A DNA stretch of 59,895 bases, filler included, from Platydemus manokwari (Eukaryota), in NCBI GenBank assembly GCA_037951405.1. It is 5 parts of 5 records of this genome, joined end to end, with 100 filler letters (N's around TTAATTAATTAA, not from the genome) between each part and the next. Parts side by side here need not be neighbours in the genome. Positions count along the whole stretch, not along the records: positions 12,311 to 22,368 come from JBBMOY011173433.1; positions 22,469 to 38,028 come from JBBMOY011273650.1; 3 more parts are not named here. One strand, written 5' to 3'. Within the stretch, counting starts at the first letter, position 1; every line of letters starts with the position of its first letter. Both the position numbers and the translations under genes were made by a program. The notes beneath the pieces were generated by a model. That model was not told the DNA's origin and made no database searches. It saw only the letters and a list, made by a program, of their open reading frames with translations. Below are positions 13,247 through 27,479 of this stretch, piece after piece.

Positions 13247-14554
13247 ACAATGTTGTGTCAACATATGCATTGAATGCATTATTAAATGCGCCACTAGACT
13301 GGAATAATCGGTAAAGGCGAAATAGAAATGCATTACAACAAGCCAGATTTACCCACTGAGGTAAATGACTCACACGACATCGAGAAATTTGAAATAAAAT
13401 GGCAAACACAACGACAATAAAGGAAACAATTGATTCGAACAAAGACAAGAAAGAAAAGAAAACATTGTCGAGAGCGAGTGTGATAGCAAACCTCTCAAAA
13501 AGGCACACACACAAACATTGAATGATTGATATCTAGTGGAGAACTGAATAGAAAATGAATAGATATTTAACCCTCTTCGGCAATTATCTTTAATATATTC
13601 GTTGTGTGCTTCCCTCGAGATGTCGATGAATAGTGAGTCAGTGAGCAGACAAACTAACCATGCGTGATTACGCCGATTCTATATTATATCGTATCCATTA
13701 AATACACGGTGACTCAGTCGTAGACTCGAACAAGTGGAAATATCAGAATGCAAAATCGATCATGGTAGAATGAGTCAACGTTTGTAACAACTATTGTACG
13801 AAGATGAATACACGGGTGAATTATGCTTGTACATGGGTTGATGGGTGTGTGTAAATTATTTACAGACTGTCTCAGGTTAAACTTCACGGTGTAACACAAG
13901 AGGTTCAGTAGAGAGCTCTTTCTACGTTACATATGCATATGTTTTGTAGTTAATATAATTATATTTACTTATCTGTATAACTTATTCGTTTGGATAGCAA
14001 TTAGAAAACATCACGGGATAGAAGAAAATGATTAATTGCAAGACAAGTACATTTCTGCAAATTATCGTTGTTACGTTTTAATCGTTAAATGATCTCTGTT
14101 TACAATATATAGATCAGTGACATTCTAATTTTGAAGAAGCGATCAATTAACTAGGTGGGGACTTATCCATCATTCAAATTGATCAGAATAATTATAGAAT
14201 TAGTTGTATTTCAATTCTATTTTCATTAAATTATTTCTCACGCATCTTCATAATCACAGATTTATTCAGATTGATTGGAGGATATTGAAAATTTGGCAAC
14301 GAATTAAGATAAAATATGATTAATAGATTATTTTGTTATTATTTTGCTAACATCATTATTGTTCCCATCATTATCTTTTATTTTTATTTTTATGATCTCT
14401 AACTATTATTATCTTTTATTATTATTACTATTATTAATATCTTTTATTATTATTATTACTTATTATTACTGTCGTTGTTATTATTAATAATAATATTTCT
14501 AAATGTTAATATTATTATCATTATATATAAATACATAAATTTCGAAATACAATG

Positions 14555-17500
14555 TTAATAGTGATGAAATAAAATTAAAAAAATAAACTTACAGTTATCG
14601 TCCTTAGTATTACTAAATGCTTGAGTATTGAGATTGGTTGAATTTGCAGTATTGGAGGAACTAAGCATATTGTTGTCAACGGGACCAGTTGCCATGGGAA
14701 ACGGTATAATGGCTGAAGAAATTGAGTATGGTGTATAATGGGGAGCAAATGTCAAATATGGAGGTAGAATTGTTGATGGTGCTGGGCCTAATTCGTCAAT
14801 AATGGAGCCAGTATAGAATTTGGTAAATGTTCCTATTTCGCTCGAATTGTCAATCGAATCAACAATCGATGCTGAAGCGTAAGGGGTACAAGTTCCCGAT
14901 GTTACGCTACCGGTAGTTAGGTGATTTTTGTTTATGATTGATGTGGCACTATAAAGTCCTTCTGATGCCGATGTATAATAATTATTGGACGCTTGCGACT
15001 TAACGCAGATTTTATTTTGGCGATTCATAGAATCTTTTATTGCCACATTCATCAACGGTTCCAAATTGATTTCACAATCTTTCGATTTAAATTTCGGACC
15101 TTTACTAATCAATTGATAACGAATACAGCACAAATACACAACAAGACAACAAAGAAGAATCCAGAAAATCAATGTGCCAACTACAATTACCGGAATGAAC
15201 CATGCCTGTTGTTCATATGGTGACGGTTCATCAGTTTTCGCTGGGACATAAATTCTCGGACTTCGAGCTCCTTCTCCTCGACAGTTGTACAAAGACAAAT
15301 GAATTGAATAACTTTTCTTGTCTTCAAGATTGGGAATTTCTATTTTCGTGAATGTTTCATTGAATCTCAGACTGTCCAGAAGACTTCGTGAATCGTTTGC
15401 AAAAATGTGAACCACCAATCCAAAAATGAAACCGTTCCAGGAAATTCTCGGTGGTAATTTATATTGAATAGTCAATGTGTTTCGAGTTTTGGACCAAATT
15501 GCACGGATATTTTGTGGTGGTTGTGACGGTATATCTTCAAGCATCAACGAATTTTGGTTAGGACTTTCTCTACTAGTGATCGATGGAATCTCTGAATATG
15601 TTTCCACAGTGAATTCATAACACGAAAACGGATTAAGGCCAGTGACGATACTTTTGACAATTGATGCATCATTTGTTATTGGAAATCGAAAATTTACGAT
15701 ACCCGATGTCAGATTAGATTGGGCTGGAACACTGGGTACAGTTGGCCACCAATCACTTTGAACTATCCAATGTCGAATGTTTTCGATCGATCGACCTTGG
15801 AAACTGCAATATCTTTTCTTTTTCAATTGGGCTTGATTGTCATCCTCCAAACAACGATCCAATGATACCATATTATAACGGATCTTGAATCCCTCAATAT
15901 ATCTCATTGCATCCCGACTCGGTGCATTTACTTTCCATTCCAGCTTGACTTTACCGAACAAAATCGGCTGTAAACTGATGATATTTATCTGAAAATAGGA
16001 AAATAAATGATAAGAAATTCATTTGATAAAATTAATATTGAGAGAAAGAAATGTTGGCGGAAAGGTATAGAAAAGATAAACACATTGACTGACCGATTTT
16101 TAGAATGAATTCATATTATTTATGATGGGTAATTCATATAAGCCGCCGATGTTTTAGTGAATAACAAAGTATGACATTGCCATTTTTTACTGTTGTTTAT
16201 AATAAACGAAAAACCAAAATGTTTTTTTTGGTAATTTTATAAGTTTTTTTAAAAAATTCCGACATTAAATATTTGATTTTTCTTATCTGTGGAATTCCAC
16301 TCAACCAACAAAATAAAAACACAAATTAGAAATATCCGTTTACAGTAACGAGAAAAAACTGCAAGACAATCGACCTGATGAAGATAATATTCAAATTTGT
16401 TTGGTTTATCTTTCATTTGCTAAAACCGAATTTGAATTTTACTGTTAATGATAATTTTCTAATATTTTTCCCTCAATATTTTTTGAATCGACAAGCCAAT
16501 AAATCCATGTGAAGAATTTATAGATTTTTCGATATGAGTTAATAATTTTATATTCGATCAATTCTGTACGAGTTGCAAAAACGAGAATTAAAATTTAAAA
16601 AAAAATTAAAATAATTCTTCAAAATAAAGAATTGCCAAAATCCCACAAAAACCATGTTGACAGAAATAGGTCTCATAATTTATGTTAATGGAAATGATGC
16701 TATAGCAGATAAATTCTTAATGTACCCATGCACACACACACACAATGTTCTCTAGAATGAATTTCACCTTTAGAATTTTTTGACACATTCTTCATTTGAC
16801 AAAGATAATTGATTTTCCATTTCCCACCATTGATTGAGGTTCTACTCTGGCATTTCATAGAGCAAGAAACAGTAGTTACTAATTTATCAATGGGTTCAGC
16901 TAATTTATTTGATTATATTCTGTCGAACTTTAATTAAACTACTTCACAGATTGGGACCAAAGGAAGACAAATCTATAATTTAATTGATAAATTAGATATT
17001 TATGTAAATAAGCTCGTCCAATCGACTGTGTTGCAGCTCAAATGGAAATATCAACACGTTTTTCCCAACGATTTTTCAAACTGTCACAGATCTCAAAAAT
17101 TTGGAATTTACATTTTGACTATCATCGATCAACGTGTGTGGATTGAATGAATCACACGAGTTCTCGCTTCTCGAACAGACAAATTCAATCATAGATTCTC
17201 GATTCTAATTGATTTAATGATGAAACTGAATCCATTGTTATATCCATCCAGTGTCCCAAGCCATATACGGGAAATGGTATTGTAATCATCGCAATGGATT
17301 TAAATCGTATTGTTTAGTGGATATTTTTACCGGAATCCCAATATGGATGATTCCCATTAGAAAGGAATCGATTACAATGGAAAATGTACAGGGAAATGTT
17401 TTATATATTAACGACTGTTGGGTTTTTTTTGCTATTGTCAAAAATTAAAACTCATTCTTAAAAGCAAAGCTAAGACACAAAAAAAGTTATTCGCAAGTTC

Positions 17501-20500
17501 CATGTTTCAAAAATCAAATAATACACTCATTAAAATTCCTACTCCGACTTGATATCGATATAAATATTTTGTTGTATAATTACAAATTACTGTTCATATC
17601 ACTGGCAATATTCCAAAATTTTATCTTCCCCAATTATTATAATCGAGAACGTAGTGAAAATAAAAAGCTTCCATTGAAATCTTACTGCCTATTGGTAATT
17701 TATTGTAAACTGAATTTTTTATTTTTGTTATTTGCATCTCACTGATATTGTCCTCTTCAATGCAAATCTATTCCCATCATTAATCATTTCTCATAACAGT
17801 TTCAGTTATTTTTTAAAAAAAAACAACAAACAATGAAATGCTCCAAAACAATTTATGAACTTTCAAAACCAAACTTCCAATGAATAAATAAAAGTCCATT
17901 TATAATATTTACGTCAATTTCGACTTACAACTGAATCATTTATGAAGTGTGGGACTAATTAGAAAAATCAGGCACCGTGGACCACAACCAATCAAAAATT
18001 CATGGCAATCTCCCGCCAATTAATTTGATATGAGAATGAATTTTTATTGTTCTTATTTATGATGTGAAAATATTCGAGTTGTGACCGCTCAAATCGAGAT
18101 TATGTCACCGAATAGTGATAATCGGGGGACGGAATAATATTTCTCGTTTGACTGATTAATAAAGAAGAGATAAATAATTATCCATATATGTTACAAATTT
18201 AAAAGAAAAATACAATTATAAAAATGTAAATAATTTTATATATAATCGAAAATATTTCTTATAATATTTAGTCAAATAAAATTCGTGTTTGAAACAGTTA
18301 TTTGATATTGATATCACGGTATCTCAGAATAATTTCATAATATGGATTCATTTATAATATGGATTCGTGTATTATTGAGATAGATTACTATTTATGGTTG
18401 TCTAATGAATTATTTTGACGATTATTTGACTTTATTTTATCAAAAATTAAATGGATTTAAATCGAAATGAATGCATCATCCGATAAATGACGTGTAAATA
18501 TCTAATGTTCTCGATTAGAAATTTCTATCAAGATTATACTCAGACTTAACAATCATTTTACTTTTCCCTGATGTATTGAGGGAATTTTTGTTGAATTTAA
18601 AATAAGTACATCATCGATATGCTTAACAAAGCTTTAGATGTTTGAATTTAATTTTGTATTCGATCTTGTAAAGCTTTATTTAATGTGAATATCCATCCAT
18701 TTAAAAACAATCTTGAAATACGAATCATATAAATGGATTAAAATTATTCTTTAAGTTCATAAATATGCTCAAAATAAATATTGATTATCATTAAGAAAAA
18801 AAAGCAAAATAATGTGAAAAAAATGAATTTAAAAGTAGATTAAAGTTGAATGGTTTTTATGGTTCAACTCATTGACTGAATTTGTTTTTATTAGAAAAAT
18901 CCCATTGAGAAATTGGATTTTGATTCGTATATTCAAAAGTGGAATAACAGTACTGATTCTTTAACGAGAGGTTCTGGCTTATACATATATGTAACAGAAT
19001 AACTGATATATTACTGATGAATAAATTATTCCCTCATTAATATTGATTGACATCTAGTATAAGATTTGAATATGCATTCATTGCTCGTATTGATATTGAG
19101 ATTTTCCACATCCTACGAGATTTCCTCACTACTACATTTTTATCGATATATTTAGCGCGTCTATGAGATTTCTTCGCACACAACAATTTGCTGCCTCACT
19201 GCTTATAACAATAAAACTAGTGGAAATTGCAAATTGATTTCTATGAGTGGCAAAATTATGATTTTTGGGATATGAGAATTCAATGGAAAATTATCTACCA
19301 GCATAATAAATATCAATATTTTTCTTATTCAATTTTATGACAGATTCATTTGAGAAAAGAAAATTACTTGCCAATTTTTGATGAGGGGAAAAATTATATT
19401 TTGAATAGGATTCATCATAGAGTAATTTTCATCGGCCATTGTGTCGACCTTACATTGATAGATGGGTGTTGTGAATGTCGAATTTAGGGGAAAATAATTT
19501 AAAAAAAATCAATAACCGTGAAATTCAACAAAAATTCATTGGAAAAAAGTGCTTCAATCCATTAAAGTGTCGATGCACTTAAGTTGAAGTAAATATGTGG
19601 AATTAATAAATGTGGCAATAATTCAATGAGGGTGGTGGGTGCGCCTATGTAAAGCTCAATTGATGAAACATAAATATGGTCAGCTTAATCATTTGGCTTG
19701 ACGAAATACTTTCCAATCACCAAATAGATAAAAATAAATTATCAATATCTAATATAAACCCACTTGAATATGGGAGAAAATAGATTGCATTTGTTGATCC
19801 TTAATGTCAACTTTTGATATTGAACGGCTGCTTTCTCTGCTGAGGGTTTTCACGTATTCTGTTGGAACACTTGCACGGCTGAGCCCTTTTGAATTGCGAG
19901 ATCTGACAAGAAACTGATACCAAGAGTTGGGTTGCAGATTTTTTACGGTTATTTTGGTGTCTGGATAATCTTTTTTATATATCACCCAGCCTTCACGAGA
20001 TCCAAATCGAACATATTCTATCCAGTATTTCACTTGGCCTGAACTCGACCAACTGAGAGTGACAGAATCTGCAGTCTGATCTGCAGGTGTATCCAATACT
20101 GGTGGTAACGAAAGTTGACTTTCATCGTTGAGAGGAGTAACTACTGGAATCCTTGAATCGGGATAGATAACTCGTAAAAACGCTGTCCAACGAGTTTTCA
20201 TTCCATCTGCTTTTAATGATGCCTCACAAGTATAAATATTTGTATCGCGATTTGGATCAATTTTCTTGATTTGAAGAGCTCCTCTTGTTGGTAGACTAAT
20301 TCGATCACCGGCTTGTAACAGCTTATTATTAGGTCCCCGATACCAGGTGATGGTTGCATCCATATGAGACACCACCTCACAACGAAATGTCGCCGTTGAT
20401 CCTTCAAGAAGTGTTTGATTTTGAGGTGGTAAAGAAATTACAGGATAATATGCTAGTTCTCTTTTCTTTACGTATAGATTCGCTGATGAATGTTTGGCGT

Positions 20501-21784
20501 CCAATGATGAATGACCGTTACAAGTATACTTTCCGGCATCGATTAGTTGAGTGTTTTCGATATGAAGACTTCCGTCTTTATTTACTCTGAATCGTGGGTA
20601 GCTTGAATCCTCGGGAAATAATGCGCTTATTACGGGTGTTTCCCAATAGACCTGAATCAAATATTCCAATGAATGAATTATTATCCACAAATGTATGTAT
20701 ACATATATATATATATATAATGAATAACAAAATATTTACTCACTTGTGGTAAAGGATAACCTGATACAACACATTTGAATGTCACGTCATCGCCTTCTAA
20801 AACATTTTTATCTTCAGGAGTTTGAATAAAAGTAGCTGGAGCTTGTACAATGACATTGATTAAGCCTTCAATTGATTGTCCCGAACTTGGTTTCGTTTGA
20901 CAAATGTACTGTCCAGCATCTGACATTTGTATGTTGTTGATTCGTAAATAATAACCCTCGATACTGGCTCTAGTAGCATCAATAACCTGTCCATCGAGTC
21001 GAGTCCAGTGAACTGTTCCAATCGAATCAACAGGGCACTGAATTTTTGCATTTGTCGAAACGATATACTTTATATCTTTGGAGATTTTATGGTAATTTGG
21101 AGTTGGTACGATTTTCAACAACGAGGTAGTCGATTTGGTTGAATGATAAGGAGTTTTAGCCAAACAATTATATTCACCGGAGTCTTCAGTATTAGCATTG
21201 AAAATTTTGAGAATCGAATACTGAAATCGACTATCTGGCTGAATGGTAATGACGTAACGTCTATTGGTTTCCGGATCGATGAATTGGCCATCTTTAAACC
21301 ATGAAACTGTTGGATAAGGGCGACCATCTGGTGGTCCACAAGACAGCTGAACAGTTGTACCAGAATATACTTCCTTTTCCACTGGTGGATTGGATAGAAA
21401 AACATTATTAAGATAGGCAAGACTAGTATTTGCAACAGGGCTAACTGCGCTACCAAGAGTATTCGAAGCATTGCAGTAAACTCTATATTCGTGTTGAGCA
21501 TCAGGCTCAGTAATTATGAGACGACTAAGTTGACCGGTTCTCATGATCTGTACAGGGTTATCGTATCCATTAATGACAATGCTATTGATGATTTTTTGTT
21601 TGCTATGAGATTCATACCATGATATGTCGGGTACCGGATCCCCATCAGCTTGGCAAGATAATGCCAATGTTCCATGGCGAGGAAAATAATTCTTTGGTGT
21701 TTGAGTGATAACCGGGGCATTTTCTGATAAACTTTCTGTGACATACGTTAAGAAAAGCACCAAGTGACTTATTAGAATAACCAT
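14555..21784 (-). CDS. robo: Roundabout (Robo) family axon-guidance receptor: signal peptide, 5 Ig, 3 FN3, TM, CC1-like motif
   Basis: Exons 21784-20744, 20651-19764 and 15988-14593/14555 are joined in frame by GT-AG introns of 92 and 3775 nt. Robo hallmarks: Ig2 CGPPDGRPYPTVSWFKDG, Ig5 PVISLPPQNQTL, juxtamembrane QQAWFI plus a TM helix, and cytoplasmic TPYASASIV (CC1-like, cf. TPYATTQLI). The 3' end is uncertain: a GTAAGT donor at 14592 suggests a further exon, while read-through gives about 1120 aa. Confidence 0.92.
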
Positions 21785-22368
21785 AGTCTATTTGAGATCT
21801 ACAAAAATCAAATCAAATAAGTAGAGACAAAAAATTAATATATAAACGTTGAAAAAAAATGATAAAATCAAAACATTATTATTATCAAGATTGATCTTGA
21901 TCTTCAACTTAGTCTTTATACACACATATATAACCAATAAATCGTTATTATTTTATAAGCTTTTCCTTGACTCCTCATAAAAAAATATCATTAACAATCA
22001 ATATGATAGAATCATTATAGAAATAATCACTATTATTGTGAAAAAAAATTGCATTACTTTTAATTGAAATAGAAGAATTCTAAAAGTTGAATAATCGTGA
22101 TGAAAAAAGGAAACTGCAATAAAATGAGATAAAAAAAACAACTGCAATCTCTTCTTGTTCGATGCACTGAAATCAAGATTGATTCATTAATTTTATTTTA
22201 TTCGCTAACAATAGGAAAATTAATCAAATTTTCTTTCAGTTACGAATGCATCATAAAATAAAATAGTCCATTAATCGAGAGAATACAAAATGCAATGATG
22301 AAACAATTTAGCCAGAGACGGATCAAGTAGGCTCATCCAGTGCGATTCAAGGGTCGACAATATATATA

Positions 22369-22468
22369 NNNNNNNNNNNNNNNNNNNNNNNNNNNNNNNN
22401 NNNNNNNNNNNNTTAATTAATTAANNNNNNNNNNNNNNNNNNNNNNNNNNNNNNNNNNNNNNNNNNNN
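22369..22468. other. Artificial contig spacer
   Basis: N44-TTAATTAATTAA-N44. Confidence 0.97.
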
Positions 22469-25101
22469 CATCTCGGACGACGAATATGCGGGTTCTGAGG
22501 ATGATGAGGTGTCCAGCATACTTGGATAGACGAGAAGAAACGTGTATGAGACGAAGAGAATCCTGTGATATTTTGCCCTGCCACTATGTGGTGATGGTGT
22601 CGGACATTGTCTGACTTGTATTATAAAAACTGTGTTTTATCAATAAACATTTATATATTATTAAAAGCCACATAGGCACTACGGGATGGCTTTGCATAAA
22701 CATCTTTTCATAGTGGAGTCTCAATCTCGTATGTTAAAGAAATTCATACTGTCTAACTCCTTTGCGTTACATGGATACACTCATTTTATGGATATGCTGG
22801 CCAACGTAGTAATAAATAATTCGGAATTCTGAGTTTTCTTTGAGAAAGAATGCCAATTCCACTACTCAAAATTAAGGTTGATCTCCAACTTACAAGCAAA
22901 AGGAGCTCACAAATCTTCTGATCGATATGAAATGCCCAAATGACGAACCAAAACTTGATGAAACAAAAATCATTATAAAATATTCTCACTCGCGGGTAGA
23001 AATTCAAAAAGAAAAACCAGATTTACAGTTGAACTTGTTGACTAGATTTGAAATCTTGTGAAAGAAAAATAGTTTTGCACCTTGAAATCTTTGTTTTGGA
23101 ACTGCAAGTGTCTGAACACTTACACAACCATACATGGTTGGCAATCAACCAATCACAACTGAGATCGAATATGATAATTTCAAAAAGGGATATAGTCACG
23201 TAGTATCACACAATTACTCATGTACCATAACCAACAAGCCAAATAGAAACTTGAGAAATTAAAGATCAAATCAAAATGTGCTACAAACGTGATGCATAAA
23301 TTACAGACAAATCTCATTTTTGAGATATTGTATTGAGTTTTATAGTAAAGTAGTGATTAGTACTTGTAACGAAATAAACTTTGCAACCTTCTATTCCTTT
23401 GGAGTTAACAATTTTGTAGTGATCACGAAATTGGCATCAACAAACTCTACATATTCACTCTAGGAGTCCTGGGGGTATAACACGGAAATGAATGACAAAA
23501 TGTTAAATAGGGTTGGCATTACTATAATGAAGATTCCCCTTACCCGTATCAGTCACATCAAAATGTATTGGAGATTCCACGTCGGCAAATGAAGCGTCAA
23601 AATTATAGTTGCGGCAAGACTTGGTAAATCCTACTTTGACATGATGGAGAAACTGAATCAAGAAGATTTAATGACTAATCTTGCCAAAGCCTGCTATCAT
23701 CACTAATTTAATCACAAGAAAGTATCAGGTTTTGTGTCAAGTCTCTAACTTGTAAATCTAGTTATACAATGTTCATAAATTGATGTTTGTTCTTTTAGAT
23801 TTATGCTTTTATTGTTAATCATGTTTCACAATTTAAATTAATAATTTGAAGATTCTTATCTATATGTTTTTGGTAATAGACTTTGCCAAGTCATAAAGTT
23901 CAACAGGAATTACCAAGAATTTATAATTTTCTGAGATTAACAAATAATTATCATTACAGGATAATCAAAAAGCAAAAAATAATATTTAATGTTTAATTTC
24001 CAAAAATAGCTTCATAAGATAGTTTATAAAATTATTTTTTGACGTGATGAAAATGTTATTAATAATCTTCCAAAATAAAGGATTTCACAATTTCCAAGGT
24101 TTCTTGTAAATTCCTTGTTTGACAATTTTGAATTGAATTTCTCTAAGAATTGGAGACATTATGAATTAGGGAACGCTTCAAATTACAGAAATTCTTTTCA
24201 CATATTTCATTTGTAAAAGAATGATATGAGATTATCGTGTACTGAAAATAAATTACACAACCAATACCTTTAAACAAAATCGTTTCATGACTAAATATTT
24301 ATATTATAAGTATGCATTTAATCTCATTAAATTTATAACTTAATATTAATTATCAATAAATTAAATAATCGTTTAATCATACATTTAAAATATTTTTTAA
24401 TATTTATAAAATAATTATGAACAAAATATCCCTGAAGTGATGTATAAAAAATGGCCAGAGTCGTCTCCCATTTAAAGTTTAAACTATAAAAATTAAGAAT
24501 TATTTTTATACTCTGTGATCAACAAATGGTCAAAGACATGACTTTGATATTACTAATGATTTTATATTGGAAAGGAATAAGAATTGTTTGTCAATGATTC
24601 TCTAAAATCAGTTCATAAATGAAAACAAATTCTAAATATTAGGAGATCCATTAAATTTTACAGTAAAAATAAGCAAAAAGCTTTTGTCAAGCTTAATTGA
24701 TCACCGTAATACTTGACTCCAAGCTTCCTTTCCACACAAATAAGAGAGAATCACATACCGTATAATAAACCCGACTTGCTTCTGCAGAGAATTAATACTT
24801 GACTAAGTGTGTATCTTAATAAACTATGAATACAAAATCTTTTAGATAAGTTTTCGAATATCTTTTTGAACTATTTTGCTTGGAGTAAAGATCACCAAAA
24901 TGAGTATGTGGCAATGCACCGACTTATAAAGTTATTAAAACGGAAGTTATCTTATTATTTATTCGATGCTTAATTTACTTATACTTTCACATTTTCTCGA
25001 TAAATAAAATTAAATTGTACACAATGATCATATCAGATAGTCAAATTTAGCCATCAATTATATCAAGTTCATAAACATAACGTATAGGAAAAAACGTTAT
25101 A

Positions 25102-25175
25102 ATTTGTGTTTGTCGATCATTTTTAGGGTTATTTCCTTGGTTGATTTTGTGATCTACCCAGCAGTATGTAACTTA
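25102..25175 (-). repeat. Dispersed repeat fragment, copy 2 (see 3436-3530)
   Basis: Reverse complement taagttacatactgctgggtagatcacaaaatcaaccaaggaaataaccctaaaaatgatcgacaaacacaaat matches 3436-3530 with one ~20-nt indel. Confidence 0.65.
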
Positions 25176-25845
25176 TTCTGGCTTTATTTTCTTCACAACA
25201 ACTGTCAATAGTTAGATTAGATTTTGTTATTTTTTGTTTATATATTTATTTGATATGAAATATTTCAACAATATTATTGATTTCAGATTTTTACTAAGAA
25301 AATTTCAAATATCAATTTGATAAAAATTATTTTGACGATTTTTGTATATATTTCAAATTCTTATGAAGAAATTTCAAAAAATGTTTTAATATTATTTTAA
25401 CACTAGAATGTGAGTATGAATTAGAATTAATAGCATGAATGGTAGAGTCACAGAATTATGAACTGATATTTGTTGGTGATTTAAGTTCAAACTATAAAAG
25501 CAATAGGAAAACGGTTGATTATTATAAATAGGCTAGTTATAACCAAAGATGCTTCAAACTATCCAACTCTGTTTTATTAGTAAATTTAGATGTATGAGGT
25601 AAATGATCACAACCAATAAATAATAAATACTTATATTATCTAAGCCGCTAGTATTTTATAAAGCATGCATTGAAAACGAACTGATAAGTCACGACATCAA
25701 ATTATATTTTAATTACAATAATTCGAACAAGTTCAAATTAAAAAAAATTTGATTATAAAATTTTTCAAATTAGAATTTATTATAAACCATCACAAAATTT
25801 GCGAAATCAGATGTGGTTCTAATAATAGCTATCAACAAAACAGTT

Positions 25846-26670
25846 TTACAATTTCGATATTTTCTTTTGAAAGTTCTTCAAATATCTTTTGATAACTCTG
25901 TTTGCATTCCTCAAAGCATTGGTGTTATCTTTGATTTTATTGTCGTTATTTTGTATTTTATCATTGATAAGATGTAAACAATTGGTTTGGAGATTATTTT
26001 GAGTTGTCGCCATTGAAGTTACAAATGAAATACTACGATTTAATATTTTTTGTAAATCTAATAAATATTTCCTCATCTTTTTCACATTCATTCTAAATTG
26101 ACACTTTTTCATTTCTTTGTAAAATGAACACCCGTCAATTAGACTGTCAATGTCGAGAGCCATGATCTTGAATAGATTCTCAATTTCTACGGTTTGATGA
26201 TAGTTTTCATCAATTGATTTCCGAATTTCTTCTAAAAATCCACACCGTTTATAAGTGAGAAACCAGTCAGTTGTATTCTGTGCTGATTTTTTGATTTTTT
26301 TAATTTCAATGATTTTTTTGCTGAGCGATTTGATGATCTCTTTGAACTGATTTTGTTTCGATAATAATGCTGTATGATGATTTTCTATAAATAATTTTAT
26401 TGATTGAATCCATTCATGATTGAAAATATCGATGATGTCTTTATATTTAATGAATTCAATGGGCAATGATTTATAAAGACGAGAATTGGTGTCACACAAT
26501 TGAATGTTTTGAATGATTTTACCATCAACGGGACAAAATGATATTTTACTAAACCATTTCGGTAAACAATGATAACAGAATAAATGACTACACGGATTTA
26601 ATTTCAATATTAATTTGAAATGTTTATGTTGAGTTAATTCACAATCACAATGTTGAGGATAAATCTTCAT
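25846..26670 (-). CDS. Intronless RING-finger protein with helical/coiled-coil C-terminus (putative E3 ubiquitin ligase), 274 aa
   Basis: 825-nt ATG-to-stop ORF in very AT-rich DNA. N-terminal HCDC...PCSHLFCYHCLPKW...FCPVD fits a variant RING-HC; the rest is K/I/L/N-rich and helical. Confidence 0.8.
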   Translation of the reverse strand: MKIYPQHCDCELTQHKHFKLILKLNPCSHLFCYHCLPKWFSKISFCPVDGKIIQNIQLCDTNSRLYKSLPIEFIKYKDIIDIFNHEWIQSIKLFIENHHTALLSKQNQFKEIIKSLSKKIIEIKKIKKSAQNTTDWFLTYKRCGFLEEIRKSIDENYHQTVEIENLFKIMALDIDSLIDGCSFYKEMKKCQFRMNVKKMRKYLLDLQKILNRSISFVTSMATTQNNLQTNCLHLINDKIQNNDNKIKDNTNALRNANRVIKRYLKNFQKKISKL

Positions 26671-27479
26671 TGATGAAATTTAATAATGTAATTATAATAT
26701 GAATAATTATTGATTTTTTCACAGTTAAATAAGATATTTATGATGTAATCAATAATTAAATAGGAAAATAAAAGAAAACACATCTCATAATTAAATGCGA
26801 CTTATGTGATTCTTATGGAGCAATATACAAAGTATAATGAATTATAACGAAATATAAACTTTATAAATAAATTACTTGATCAGGGTAATAAATTTTTTTT
26901 CGACAATTATTCTTTATATTTCGATTTATGTATTCTTTAATAAGTTATTTGAATTCATCATGAAATGGAAACTGATTTCAATCTTGACTATTATTGTTCA
27001 TTTGTGAACTAATTTCGCAGAACTCAGAACTGTTTGCTGCAAATGAAACACTAAAATGTCTGAATCATTCATGTTGTCCAATTGAATGTCAAAGCAATAT
27101 TTAAATAAACTAAATAATCTGATTAAATATAATTATCAATCTTAACTATAATTTAAATCTTTAAGTAAATAAATAATTAATTAATATCGTTAATTTTATC
27201 TAGAAAAATCTTTAATTTAAATAAGTTTTAGATACTTCAAGTTCAATAACTTTACAAGATTATGAAAATGAATGATTTTTATTCGGATTATTTTTTTCCA
27301 AGTAATTGAAAGATAAATGATAGAAAATCAATGAAATATCCAGAATATATAAAGTAAATTTATTTCACTCAATGAGGCAGGCATAAAGCCGAAATATTGG
27401 TGTATCTCAAATTAATAAACTCCAAATTTAATGAAAGATATTAAGATGAGCCACAAAAAGTTCGCGGAAATCTGAAAAC

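Noticed and set aside
13151-13514. Minus-strand ORFs as the last Robo exon or membrane proteins
   Set aside because: They arise from microsatellite and low-complexity sequence, have non-ATG or weak starts, and I found no compatible acceptor.
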